A stretch of 64,000 bases of DNA from Eledone cirrhosa (GCA_964016885.1 OZ024758.1:11346001-11410000); one strand, 5' to 3'. Positions 43,500 through 58,774 are shown, numbered from the stretch's first letter. Notes: generated by a model from the sequence alone, not told the origin. Numbers and translations are program-made.

Positions 43500-44152
43500 C
43501 TACCACCACCACCACAAGTAGCATCACAACCATCAACACCACCACCACCACAAGTAGCATCACCACCATCAACACCACCATCACCACCACCACCACCATC
43601 AACACCACCACCACCACCACCACCACCACCACCAGTAGCATCACCACCACCACCACCACCACCACCAGTAGCATCACCACCACCACCACCACCACCACCA
43701 CCACCACCACCATCAATACCACCACCACCACCATCAACACCACCACCACCACCACCACCACCAGTAGCATCACCACCATCAACACCACCACCACCACCAC
43801 CAGTAGCATCACCACCACCACCACCATCACCACCACCACCACCACCACCACCACCACCACCAACACCACCAGTAGCATCACCACCACCACCACCATCACC
43901 ACCACCACCACCATCACCACCACCACCACCACCACCACCACCAGTAGCATCACCACCACCACCACCACCACCACCACCACCACCACCACCACCACCACCA
44001 CCACCACCACCACCACCACCACCACCACCACCACCACCAACACCACCACCACCACCATCAACACCACCACCACCACCACCACCACCACCAACACCACCAC
44101 CAACAACAACAACACCACCACCACCAACACAACCACCACCACCACCATCAAC

Positions 44153-44185
<33 letters not shown>
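43500..44185. repeat. (CAC)n compound array
   Basis: Seen directly. Confidence 0.93.
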
Positions 44186-44267
44186 TATATATGTGAAATA
44201 ACATCATATATTTATAGTTACAGTTGCTGAAAATTAAGGTCTATATCACAATTAAATAGGAACAAGG

Positions 44268-44330
<63 letters not shown>

Positions 44331-44504
44331 TATGTGTGTATGTATGTGTATGAGTGCGTGTATGTGTGAGTGCGTGTATGTGTGAGTGCGTATGAGTGTA
44401 TGTGAGTGAGCCTGTCTGTGTGTATTTAAACATGCTTGTAAAATATCAGAGTTGAGTTTTGTATCAATAACTATAAGCATAACAACACCAACTAACAACA
44501 ACAT

Positions 44505-45005
44505 GTATATATAACATATATATAATATATATACAACAACATATATATATATTTATATATCACACAACACCATACATATATAACATATATATTTATATAT
44601 CACACAACACAATACATATATAACATATATATTTATATATCACACAACACCATACATATATAACATATATATATATATATATCACACAACACAATACATA
44701 TAACATATATATATATATATCACACAACACCATACATATATAACATATATAACATATATATTTATATATCACACAACACCATACATATATAACATATATA
44801 TTTATATATCACACAACACAATACATATATAACATATATATATATATATCACACAACACAATACATATATAACATATATATATATATATATCACACAACA
44901 CAATATATATAACATATATATATATATATCACACAACACCATACATATATAACATATATAACATATATATATATATCACACAACACCATACATATATAAC
45001 ATATA
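44505..45005. repeat. about 40-bp AT-rich minisatellite (atatcacacaacaccatacatatataac...)
   Basis: Tandem periodicity. Confidence 0.88.
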
Positions 45006-45018
45006 AATACAGACGACA

Positions 45019-45063
<45 letters not shown>

Positions 45064-45287
45064 CAACAATATATATATCAACAGGTTTCACACAAAAAAA
45101 AAACAACACCAAACAATACCTAAAACATAATAAAAACCAAAACAAATAACTAAACCCAGAAGATCTTTAATCAGAAGAAATATTTTAACACCGAAAATTT
45201 AATATTTTTATATTTAAAAAAAAACCAAAAAAAAAACGATACCGAAACAAAAACAACAACGAATAATAAAAGAGTTTTAAATTTGAA

Positions 45288-45325
<38 letters not shown>

Positions 45326-45522
45326 ACATAAGAGAACAGAGACAAGATAATAATTAAGACAATAACAAGAACAAGAAGAACAAGTACAATATATGATAGA
45401 ACGGTGCTTCAACAACAACAACAACAGCAAGATTTCTAAAGACAAATATTCGCTCTCGGTAAATTTTAAAGATTTTACGCAACTTCGACTTCCATATCCT
45501 CATAAATTAAAAGATAACCAAC

Positions 45523-45591
<69 letters not shown>

Positions 45592-45752
45592 GTGTATATT
45601 TATTAATGGTAAATAGTGAGTCTGCTTACTCTGGAATTTTTCCTGCTTCTCACAGGGTCATCATATATGTTACTGTGTTGTAGGGGACAAAAGGTGAGTG
45701 ATATTACTGCATCCCTTATTTTTTCTCTCTCTAAACATACGTGTGCAGGTGC

Positions 45753-46166
<414 letters not shown>

Positions 46167-46649
46167 CTGTGTGTTTATATTTATATTTATATATATATAT
46201 AAATGCAGAAACGAAAACACAGACACACCCATAAATATATAGCCGCGTGTTTATTACAATATATATCTAGATGTGTATATAGAGGAAAAGGTTTGTATCC
46301 TTGTTACTGTGTTTATTCCAGTGTCTACATTACATTCAAACACAGCAGACGAACTAACATCCACACATACCTACATATATTTACACGCAACCACAGACAC
46401 ACAGACACAAACACACAGGCATACGCAGGCTCACACACGCAAACTAATCACACAAGTGCACACATATACTGATACACTGACTTATTTAAATATGTAAATT
46501 TATATTTATGAATTTTTATATAGAAACCGTGCATATATCCTTCGGTGTGATATGAGTAATGTCTTTTTGGGTTGCGAAGGTCAGGGGTCAACAATATTTA
46601 AATATTTAAATTATATTATTTGTTTTATTTTTGCTTACATCCAGACACC

Positions 46650-46752
<103 letters not shown>

Positions 46753-46784
46753 AAATATATATATATGTGTGTGCATTTGTGTGA

Positions 46785-47096
<312 letters not shown>

Positions 47097-47620
47097 ATAT
47101 ATATATGTATATATATATTCACACAAATGCACACACATATATATATATATATATTTACACACACGCACACATATATATATGTATGTATATATATATTCAC
47201 ACAAATGCACACACACATATATATTTACACGCACGCACACATATATATATATATATGTATGTATATATATATTCACACAAATGCACACACATATATATAT
47301 ATTTACACACACACACACACACATATATATATATGTATGTATATATATATTCACACAAATGCACACACATATATATATATTTACACACACACACACACAC
47401 ATATATATATGTATGTATATATATATATTCACACAAATGCACACACATATATTTACACACACGCACACACATATATATATATTTACACACACACACATAT
47501 ATATATATGTATGTATATATATATTCACACAAATGCACACACATATATATATATATTCATACACACGGTCACATATATATATATATATATATATTCATAC
47601 ACACTCACATACATACATAA
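47097..47620. repeat. about 62-bp minisatellite built from (TA)/(CA) with ttcacacaaatgcac
   Basis: Tandem periodicity. Confidence 0.85.
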
Positions 47621-48362
47621 ATACAAACATATTATATACATATATTTATTTAACCAAATTAAATGTTCGTATAGAGCTAGTAAGCTATGCCAGATTCAGG
47701 GAAGTATCTTGTAATTCTTACAGTTGAGAAACAAAATACAAGATACACAGAGATAAGGGAAATGAAAAAAAAAAAATTAAACACACACACATATATATCT
47801 ATATATCTATATATACATATATATAAACCACATGTCTGTTTGTGGGGGTCAGAGCCCCAACACTGCTGCACCCTACGACCAGAGCCCATCATCCTCACTC
47901 TTTCCCCTCTCAGATTTCTGTGGTCCTAGAGCCCTTGCTTTTCCCTTCCTTTTCCGTTTTTAAATATCTGTAATGTTTTTCTATTTTATACAAAACTATT
48001 TTATACAAAATTATCACAGGGGTCTGCCCACTCTCCCATAATCCGACAAACCGGTACTACTACATCTATTTCAATGGGTGAATGGGTGATATTAAATTAT
48101 ATAACAGTTGTAGTGATACTATTGGCCAAAGGAAAGTAATCTCCACTGTTAAGTTCAATGTCACACAATTATAATATATATTCTTACATGAACACATGAT
48201 GAAGGATTTGAACGAAACTCTAGATCATATATCTACACCTGTGGCTTCACAGATAATAAGTAGTATGTAGTTATGTAAATATATATGCTTACATATATGC
48301 ATGCATATATATATATACATATATATATGTGTAGATAAATCTACCAAAAGTTTACGGTAGTG

Positions 48363-48422
<60 letters not shown>

Positions 48423-48503
48423 TCAATGGCTATCATCGAAATATATATAGCAGTAAATAAAGGATTATGAGTTCATGCAATTGACTTATGTTTCGTCACT
48501 ATT

Positions 48504-48690
48504 GTGGATTGGCAGTATCGGTAAAGGGTCGGACGCCATGCTTTGACGCATAGAGTTACGGCCCTTATCATTCTGAGTTCAAATCCCGCCGAGGTTAACT
48601 TTGCCTTTCATCCTTACGGGGTCGATAAAATAAAGTACCAGTAATGTACTGGATAATTGCTGGCCTTGTGCCAATAGTAGAAACAATTAT
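48504..48690 (+). mobile_element. near full-length tRNA-derived SINE
   Basis: Family consensus with A and B boxes, core and tail. Confidence 0.9.
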
Positions 48691-48860
48691 AACTCCGGAA
48701 CTTATATCTTCGTTGAGTGCTCCCTATCCGCATACTGAAGTACTGGATTTTACCAACACTTACTTTCTTGCTTATATATGTTTATATATATATATATACT
48801 AACATATCTATGCATGTTTATATAGATGGTTCCATATAAGTATGCATATATGTATATATG

Positions 48861-48952
<92 letters not shown>

Positions 48953-49121
48953 TGTATTACGTATCCATAAACATTAACACATATAAACTTGTTTGCATTA
49001 ACGATAAGAAATCGATATTATAGTTCCTACGTGTTTGCATATTTTGAAAGTGTGGGCGTGGGAGCATTCTGAAAGTCGTATCAATATCAATAATAAACAG
49101 GTAAATTGATAAGCGTGCCTG

Positions 49122-49154
<33 letters not shown>

Positions 49155-49161
<7 letters not shown>

Positions 49162-49378
49162 TTGCCCCCCAAAAATATATACACATTTCAATAGCAAAAA
49201 ATGCATAAAAATAAATTCTGTTTTCTATGCATTATTTAAATTATGTAAACATTTTTTGGGTGTTTACATACAAATGAATTATGTCTGTAGATCACTTTAT
49301 TTTTGGGAAAGGCTGTGTATTCTAATAAATATTGCCTGTCAGGTAATGAAATTGTATATATTATTTGGGGACACACTA
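49155..49378. mobile_element. degenerate Tc1/mariner-type MITE
   Basis: Imperfect TIRs gccccccaaaaatatatacacatttca ... tgaaattgtatatattatttggggacac, flanked by TA runs. Confidence 0.5.
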
Positions 49379-49732
49379 TATATATATATATATGTGTGTG
49401 TGCCTATATATATATATGTATAGGCACACATTATGCTCTTCTAGAATATTCACTGGATCCCTCACCCCTTTGCTCCACCCCACTCACCCACCCCCACTCT
49501 TGATGTATCAGACAGAATTAATGATATATTTATGTGGAAAGACAGATAAACAGATACATATTAATTATGTGGAGAAATAAAATAAGAGAAAGTATTAAAA
49601 TATGATTTAAAATGAAAAGGAAATGCGTTGATAATTAATAATATGAATTGTGAAAATTATAACTGGGAGAAAGGTCTAAGAGGAGAAATAACCTTGAAAT
49701 GAAGATAACTGAATAAAACAGGTGAGGAATTT

Positions 49733-50090
49733 TATAGAAGAAAATATTTAAATAAAAAATTGAAGGATATTATAGAGGAAAATATTTAAATAAAAAATTG
49801 AAGGATATTATAGAGGAAAATATTTAAATAAAAAATTGAAGGATATTATAGAGGAAAATATTTAAATAAAAAATTGAAGGATATTATAGAGGAAAATATT
49901 TAAATAAAAAATTGAAGGATATAATAGAGGAACATATTTAAATAAAAAATTGTAGGATAACGTAGAAGAAAATATTTAAATAAAAAATTGAAGGATATAA
50001 TAGAGGAAAATATTTAAAAAAAAATTGTAGGATAACATAGAAGAAAATATTTAAATAAAATTTTTTAAAGATAATATAGAGGAAAATATA
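49733..50090. repeat. 38-bp minisatellite (tatagaggaaaatatttaaataaaaaattgaaggatat)
   Basis: Tandem periodicity. Confidence 0.92.
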
Positions 50091-51319
50091 AAAAAATGTT
50101 AAGATGTATGTGAAAGAATGAAGAATGTAGGAATGAAATTATGGAGAAATATAGAGAATGAAAGAAATGAACTCTTGAGTAAGTGTGGGAGACAGAGAGT
50201 TAGAAATTACGACAGAAAACTGGGGTTAGGGGAGCGAATGAACATAAATGAGGGATAAGAGAAAGAAGAGCGAGAAGTTGTTGCGGAAAACGTGAGTACG
50301 AACTTGGTAAAGTTGATAAGGGAGAAAGGATGAGAGGGAAATAAATAAAAGTGTGATTAAGAGAATGCTTATAAATGATGGGAATGAAGAGGTTAATAAG
50401 TATGAAGGAAGACACATTGAATGAGAAATAGCGAAAGAATATAAAGAATTACTGATGTTTCTAGAAAGAAAATGAGCAAGAAGCGTAAATTAAACATACA
50501 TAATATATATATAGAGAGAGAGGTGGATAAAGTGTGTGAAAGAAAGTGAGTGAGAGAGAGCTAGAGAGAGAGGGTGTGAGAGAGTGTGAAAGAGACAAAG
50601 TGAAGGTGAGAAAGAAAAAGAAAGATACATAAGTGGTGAAAAGAAGAAGAAAAGTAAAGATATAACAGGAAGAACGAGTGAAAATATAGAAGGACGACGA
50701 AAGCAGCGAGAGTTTAAAAGCAAAGCGAAAGTGAAACTAAAAGAGTGGGAGAGACAAAGCTTCCTGTTTCGTTTACTAAGTGTTCGCACGTGTCGTAAAA
50801 TACGTGGGCGTCATAAAAAGACCTTCTTCTCCGACCTCGTGCACTTCTTTTTCAGATCACTCTAATTTACTCTATGATATTCTATGTTATATCATAGCAG
50901 TCCTTTCATAGACATTTCATATATACATTCGGATAATTAGGACGGATTATTTCACGAAAGAAATAGAAATAAAGGTAAATTTTCTCTGATTTTCATATGA
51001 CTTTTCCTACACCCACTCTATTTCTCTTCAAACCTTCAAACCCTTTTCTATTTTTGATATGTATTCCATGCGAAAAATTATGCTGTTGTAATTAAATACA
51101 TATATGTATTTTTTACTAGATAACATATATTCAACACATTTTATTTTTTATCTCAGTGTTTACATCACATTTTCGTTTAAAATATTCAAAGACAGGAAAG
51201 TTATAATTAAAGAATCAACAAATTCTTCGCCTGAGGCCATCAACCTAAATTTTCACCTTAGTAGAACCGAAATTTAAGAGAATGAAACTCGGAATTTTAG
51301 ATGATGTGCTTTGGCTGGT

Positions 51320-51480
51320 GGAAGAGAGTCTCAACCCTTAAAGATCTCAATTCAAATACCACAGTGGGTAACTTTATAATTCATCTTCCAGAGGTCATTA
51401 AAATAAACTACCAGACGAGTTTCAAACTCAATTTGATCGATATCCCACCCCTAAAAAGTTATGGCCTTGTGCCTGTCTCA
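51320..51480 (+). mobile_element. highly diverged SINE relic
   Basis: ttcaaatacc...aacttt...ttcatcttccagaggtcattaaaataaactaccag...tggccttgtgcc. Confidence 0.5.
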
Positions 51481-51667
51481 ATTATTTTTATTTGAAACTT
51501 CATTTGCATTCTGCTTCTTTCCAATATTTTGCCAAGAATATTATTATTAATTTTATTATTGTTGTTATTGTTATTATTGACTCTATGCATTGAGTACATT
51601 TTCCCAATGTTCACACATACACATACATATATGTATATATGCATATAATATCTATCGATCTATCTAT

Positions 51668-51746
<79 letters not shown>

Positions 51747-51798
51747 CCTATCTATCTATCTATCTATCTATCTATTTATCTATCCATCTCTCCCTCAA

Positions 51799-51906
<108 letters not shown>

Positions 51907-52284
51907 TATATATATAACCAAAGATTAACATGGTTCGTTGATTATTCAACGAATACAATTTTACAATAGACTAGAAGCACTCGACAAGAGATTTTCCTGG
52001 AGTATTTAATATTATTCAAAATATTAATAAATGAAAAATATTTTGAATAATATATATATATTCAGGCTTTAAATTAATGACGTGAACATAATTAGTTCTG
52101 AGACCTTCTCCCAGAGTTCGTCAAAGACTTGGACGAACTCTGAGAGAAAGGGACAAAACTAATTATGTAAAGGTTCTCTTGTAGAGTCATTAATTCACTA
52201 ATTATAAAATATACCCACTGTCATTCATATATTCAGTACATTGCCTTGAATTTTGGCTCTCCCCGTTTCTAATGTATATATATA

Positions 52285-52336
<52 letters not shown>

Positions 52337-52340
<4 letters not shown>

Positions 52341-52529
52341 AACAAGTAGGACCCCGCCGGCTGAGTTCAAGCCGTTTCGACGGCTAATTCAGTCCAGAAT
52401 TAGCCGTCGAAACAGCTTGAGCTCAGCCGTCGGGGTCCTACTCGTTCCTATTACCCACTCTACTACCCTAAGTATTGAGTACTTTGGTGCGTTATGGTCC
52501 ACCTGGTTCCTTACCACATTTCCTTCGTT
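52337..52529 (+). mobile_element. family A fold-back element in (TA)n
   Basis: Palindrome plus tail as in the other copies. Confidence 0.8.
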
Positions 52530-52545
52530 ATATATATATATATAT

Positions 52546-52590
<45 letters not shown>

Positions 52591-52597
52591 CACATAT

Positions 52598-52676
<79 letters not shown>

Positions 52677-53079
52677 CACATATGTATATATGTATATATA
52701 CATATATACGCGTCTGTGTATAGAGGGATAGATATTTATTTAAACGCACACACACACACATATATATATATATACATATACACATTTATATGAAGAGAGA
52801 TTGTGACAGACAGTCAAAGAGAGAGAGAGAGTGAGAGAGAGATAAAGAGCGAGAGAAAGAGAGAGAGAAAGAGGGATGTGATCACATGATACGTACGTCA
52901 AACATCGCTCACCTCACCACTTCTCCTTCGCCCGTCATACCATTTCTGTCGTCTGTAACTACATTACATAAATATAATCCATTTCTCTCCACTTAACTCT
53001 TTCCAGTTTCACTCGCTGAAAATACATCGACTTTTCTCTTGGAAATATTCTAAATCTTTAAACTATTTCTCGTTTCTCT

Positions 53080-53472
53080 CTCTCTAGACACACAAACCTG
53101 TCTCTAGACACACAAACCTGTCTCTTGACACACAGACCTGTCTCTAGACACACAATCCACTCTCTCTAGACACACAAACCTCTCTCTTGACACACAGACC
53201 TGTCTCTAGACACACAAACCTCTCTCTTGACACACAGACCTGTCTCTAGACACACAAACCTCTCTCTTGACACACAAACCTGTCTCTAGACACACAAACC
53301 TGTCTCTAGATACACAAACCTGTCTCTAGATACACAAACCTCTCTTTTGACACACAAACCTGTCTCTAGACACACAAACCTGTCTCTAGATACACAAACC
53401 TCTCTTTTGACACACAAACCTGTCTCTAGACACACAAACCTGTCTCTTGACACACAGACCTGTCTCTTGACA
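53080..53472. repeat. 20-bp minisatellite (tgtctctagacacacaaacc)
   Basis: Tandem periodicity. Confidence 0.93.
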
Positions 53473-53564
53473 ATGTATTGCTAAAAGACTTTTTAAAGAT
53501 TTTCTTAAAGGCTAAGATAGAATCTCTCATTTGAACTTTCCTCTAGATCTCTTCCACAAACATC

Positions 53565-54600
53565 CACACAGGCATCATACACATGCACACATACAGACAC
53601 ACAGGCGTACACATGTACACATACAGACACACAGGCGTACACATGCACACATACAGACACACAGGCGTACACATGCACACATACCGACACACAGACATAC
53701 ACATGCACACATACAGACACACAGGCGTACACAGGCACACATACAGACACAGTCGTACACATGCACACATACCGACACACAGAGATACACATCAATACAT
53801 ACAGACACACAGACATACACATGCACACATACAGACACACAGACGTACACATGCACACATACCGACACACAGACATACACATGCACACATACAGACACAC
53901 AGGCGTACACATGCACACATACCGACACACAGACATACACATGCACACATACAGACACACAGACATACACATGCATACATACCGACACACAGGCATACAC
54001 ATGCACACATACAGACACACAGACATACACATGCACACATACATACACACAGGCGTACACATGCACACATACCGACACACAGGCATACACATGCACACAC
54101 ACCTACACACAGACATACACATGCACACATGCAGACACACAGACGTACACATGCACACATACAGACACACAGGCGTACACATGCACACATACAGACACAC
54201 AGACGTACACATGCATACATACCGACACACAGACATACACAGGCACACATACAGACACACAAACATACACAGGCACACATACAGACACACAGACATACAC
54301 AGGCACACATACATACACACAGTCGTACACATGCACACATACAGACACACAGTCGTACACATGCACACATACCGACACACAGACATACACATGCATACAT
54401 ACCGACACACAGACGTACACATGCACACATACCTACACACAGGCGTACACATGCACACATACCGACACACAGGCGTACACATGCACACATACATACACAC
54501 AGGCGTACACATGCACACATACAGACACACAGACATACACATGCACACATACAGACACACAGACATACACATGCACACATACATACACAGGCGTACACAC
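53565..54600. repeat. 30-bp minisatellite (acatgcacacatacagacacacaggcgtac)
   Basis: Tandem periodicity. Confidence 0.95.
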
Positions 54601-54735
54601 TGTTTTATTATAACCTCTCTATGTCTCTTTCTTTCGCGATCCCTCTTTCTTTCGAAAACTCTGAGATTGTGTGTGTGTGTGTATTTTTAACTCTTTAGCA
54701 GTTTCTCTTTCTACACATACACAAATATATACATA

Positions 54736-55344
54736 CATGGTGACTGCCAACTCGTTTTCGAGTACGGCCACTACTTTATATCCATGTAGGAGAACCCCTA
54801 CCGATGCGCTGAACGAGTGTGACATTTTAGTCCAGCCAGCGACTTGAAAACTCTGGTACAAACACTACACTTGTGACAATTATTGACACATAGTGCTGGG
54901 CCCATGGTACCATGTGACGGCAAGTGCAGAGAGATCTCCAGATATAAAGCAATGCCTGTGCCGTGAAGCTTTTTATAGTGAACAAAGGCACTGCACAAAG
55001 CCAGTCCCACTCTCTTAACCAAGATGATATTTACCAAAAAGAACATGTCAACATCATTGGATACCATCAGGGTTGCAGGTGTTATATCAGAGTTTTCCTT
55101 CTCCTAGAATTCTGCCTTGACAAAGGCTAAGGGGTCATCTCTCCCGGTGATTTTGGATGGCCATTGACTCTTAAGAGCTCCTTTGCCCTTTGACAGGTTT
55201 TATTTTTAGTCCTGCAGGATGTCCAAAGTCACCCTCCTCACCAAGAAACCTTGGTGGGGTTGCCAGTTAGGTCGCCAACGACGCGACCATGGGACAGGTT
55301 GTACTGGGATACATGTTATCAGTAGCACCAACTGGTGACCTGAC
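54736..55344 (-). mobile_element. non-autonomous, internally deleted RTE-clade LINE (5'UTR fused to 3' end)
   Basis: The 3' part encodes CSVCTRVFKSLAGLKCHTRSAHR* (RTE-type terminal C2H2 motif) followed by a short 3'UTR. The 5' part contains tctaggagaaggaaaactctga, which I recall from RTE 5'UTRs. Flanked by (ACAT)n. Confidence 0.62.
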
Positions 55345-55348
55345 ATAC

Positions 55349-55443
<95 letters not shown>

Positions 55444-55461
55444 TGTATGTATATATATGTG

Positions 55462-55512
<51 letters not shown>

Positions 55513-56317
55513 ATGTACATATATATATATATACACACACACATATATATATATATATATACACACACACATATATATATATATATATTATATATATACA
55601 TATATAAACTTACAAAAAATTACACACACACACACACATATATATATATTAATTCAAAATATTAATAAATATAGACATTCATGTAATCAAATATATTTTA
55701 TTATATATATTTCGGAGGTAGTGTGCTGTTTCCTCAGTACGTCCTCATCAGATAAAATATATAAATTGATGAACTTGTTTAACTTTTGGTTTTATATATA
55801 TATATATATGTAATGTGTTTCATTTTATCCAGTAGCTCAATACACACGAGGTTTCCTGACGGGTTGTCGATTCTTTTGACAGGACAATCTAGTTTTTATT
55901 TTCCTGTTTGAGCCACCGAAAACAGCTCGGTTGAATTCCAGTGCAACAGGTTTACTGGATCAGCCGAAATAAATTACTGCGTTCAACATTTGTGTTGAGT
56001 ACTTATATATAATTCTTCTTCTTGTCGTGTCTACAGGAGTGTCAGTTACAAAGCTTGGCTAGATATGGTTCCGCCACAGCTGAACACAATGCTGACCTTT
56101 CTCATTAAACTCTGCCAAGTCAAATAGATTAATTAAAGATTAATTAGTCTCTAAAACTTAAACAACTCAATGAGTGGAATCACTGTGAGAAGCAATGTTA
56201 TATAATAAATTTAAGTGAAACAAACCTTCTCTTTATGGAAGTAGAAGCCAGATAGCCAAATATATATATATATATACATACACACACACACACACACAGA
56301 TATACACACACACACAT

Positions 56318-56370
<53 letters not shown>

Positions 56371-56448
56371 CAAATATATTCTATCTATACTCGCTTGTAT
56401 AAAGACCTCCCTACCATGGTTTCGTTAACAGAATTACGTTCTACTTTC

Positions 56449-56489
<41 letters not shown>

Positions 56490-56496
<7 letters not shown>

Positions 56497-56688
56497 GTGA
56501 CGTTTTTACAAAATGAAAAATAACCGAGGTGTCCTACACGAGTGAAAGTATAAGGAAAAAAGATGAAATCGAAAATGCAACTGGAGTCTTTTAAAAAAAA
56601 GAAATATTTATTTGGTTCCTTTACCGGTTTCGCAGTTCTTGTGCTTTTCAAAAGTAGAGTTGAGATGGAGGGTTTGTGGTTTTTCTCA
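56490..56688 (-). mobile_element. family H element between (TA)n tracts, carrying a variant hammerhead
   Basis: About 200 bp of unique sequence bounded by (TA)n; single copy in the window. Confidence 0.55.
56619..56654 (-). ncRNA. minimal type I hammerhead ribozyme, U3-A8 core variant
   Basis: CTT-TTGAAAA-GCA caagaac TGC-GAA ACCGGT A|AAG. Palindromic stem III, GUA triplet, and the C3-G8 pair replaced by U3-A8. Confidence 0.55.
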
Positions 56689-56853
56689 TATATATATATA
56701 TAAATATATATATATATATGCAGAGGTTATATTTAATTTGTTGGGATTCAACAAGCTTAAACATTTTTATTACTGATATAAATCACTCAACAGATTAGTG
56801 GAGTAAATACACAATATATTAATAAATGGAAATTATATTTATAAAACCATATT

Positions 56854-56919
56854 TATTTTATTATACATATTTCAAGAGCAACCAAGGCAAATTATGGTGC
56901 GCTTTCATCAGATAAAATA
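56854..56919 (-). ncRNA. type I hammerhead ribozyme (family D, left arm)
   Basis: Same architecture as 45921-45986. Confidence 0.72.
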
Positions 56920-57067
56920 CAGATTTGTTTTATAAATAAATATTGACATACCCGGAAAAAAGACAACCTTAACGGTTGGAGCTTCCTGGATAGTTATCCA
57001 GGAAGCTCCAACCGTTAAGGTTGTCTTTTTTCCGGGCATGTCATTTTTTATTTATAAAACAAATCTG

Positions 57068-57133
57068 TATTTTATCTGATGAAAGCGCACCATAATTTGC
57101 CTTGGTTGCCCTTGAAATATGTATAATAAAATA
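57068..57133 (+). ncRNA. type I hammerhead ribozyme (family D, right arm)
   Basis: TATTTTAT-CTGATGA (57076-57082)-stem II-GAAA (57114-57117)-TATGTATA|ATAAAATA; predicted cut after 57125. Confidence 0.75.
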
Positions 57134-57458
57134 AATATGGTTTTATAAATATAATTTCCATTTATTAATATATTTGTATATATATATATTCATTTTTTTT
57201 TGTTGGATTTTATCTTTTTTATTTGTTTCATTTTTACTCTATGACTTTGTATTATCTCATCGTACCGTGTCTCTAGCTACCTGCAGCCCTTTTTATTACC
57301 TGTACAGAGAAAAATATTGATATTTTAGACAAAAATATCCATGCTTCTCTCCCCCTTTCTCTTTCTCTCTTTCCCCCACACCCTCTTCTCTCTCATTTTT
57401 TTTCTCTCACACTCTTTCTCCTTCACTTTCTCTCTCCCACCCATCCATCCACAAATCC

Positions 57459-57545
<87 letters not shown>

Positions 57546-58097
57546 CACCCATCTATCCATCTATCTATCTACTTCATTTCAAATATTTAGTATTTCACAA
57601 TTTAATCCTATGAAACCCTAAAACCCTTTCAATCTACGAACTAACTCTCCACCGGTTTACGTCACTGTAAAGGGAAACTGGCTACACCTTCATTTTGAAA
57701 TCATGTTATTTATATTTCTTTTATTCTCATATTGGTCTCACTCATTAGGATGTGGCCATACTAGAGCACCACCACATATCGTTTCATCGATTACTTCTGC
57801 TCCAATAATTATTTAATCGATTAGTACTTAATTCCCTTTATTAATCACAGAACAATGAACTAAAGATGGCTTTGCTATATGGTCAGTTTCACTGCTAGAA
57901 ATGGGAAAACCACCACAACCATACCACCACCACCACCACCACCACCACCACCACCACCACCACCACCACCACAACCACAACCACAACCCCACCACCACTA
58001 TCGTCTCCCCCACTACCACTATCGCCTCCACCACCAGCACTATCGCCTCCACCACCATCACAACCCCACCAGCACTATATATATATATATATATATA

Positions 58098-58403
58098 TAT
58101 TGTTATACTTTGGGAGGGTCATGTTGCCAATAAGAAACACACGCACCAGTTGCTTTCACTTCAATTTATTATATATTTATAAATTTATAAATTTACAAAT
58201 CTACAAACTTATAAATTTCTGGTTGGTTGGTTGGTTCCACAACCAGATAGTTGTTTATATATAGTCATAGTCCTTTCGTCACACACTCTGTGATCTCTTC
58301 AGTGACTGGGGATTCCTTTCTTTGTTTCTGTTTCCCAAAGTATAACAATATCGGTTTCAACACACGATTTCAGATAAAGAATCTTGCTAAACAAATTCAG
58401 AAA

Positions 58404-58406
<3 letters not shown>
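58098..58406 (-). mobile_element. family F element in (TA)n
   Basis: Reverse copy of 18677-19004 with a different inversion junction. Confidence 0.75.
58263..58307 (-). ncRNA. minimal type I hammerhead ribozyme (family F)
   Basis: AGTCA-CTGAAGA-G a TCACA gagtg TGTGA C-GAAA GGAC TA|TGACT. Confidence 0.75.
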
Positions 58407-58450
<44 letters not shown>

Positions 58451-58665
58451 GCATCACTGTGACAGGGGTAAGGGGAGGTCACTCAAAGTAATGATGTCAA
58501 CAATGACAGGAAACCCGACTGACATAATTGTTTTTCTTTTTTATACATCTCAAGAAATCCTGTATTTGCCACGACACACTTCACTGTTTGACAGTTGAAG
58601 ATGATGATGATGATGATTAGATATTGAGAAAACGTGCGATTCTGGTATTACAGCCAAGTAGAAGG

Positions 58666-58774
<109 letters not shown>

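Larger units (their letters stand above)
56720..57174 (-). mobile_element. family D fold-back element in (TA)n (arms of about 180 bp, 56813-57174, plus tail)
   Basis: Near-perfect inverted repeat centred at 56993-56994; each arm holds a complete hammerhead motif. Confidence 0.8.

Noticed and set aside
43355-44230. Extensin-like or poly-Thr ORFs
   Set aside because: (CAC)n array open in multiple frames and on both strands.
53505-54698. Cys/His-rich ORFs in all frames
   Set aside because: Translation of a 30-bp minisatellite.
54798-55067. Host C2H2 zinc-finger gene
   Set aside because: A single finger directly before a stop and a short tail, typical of an RTE ORF end; no finger array or linkers.
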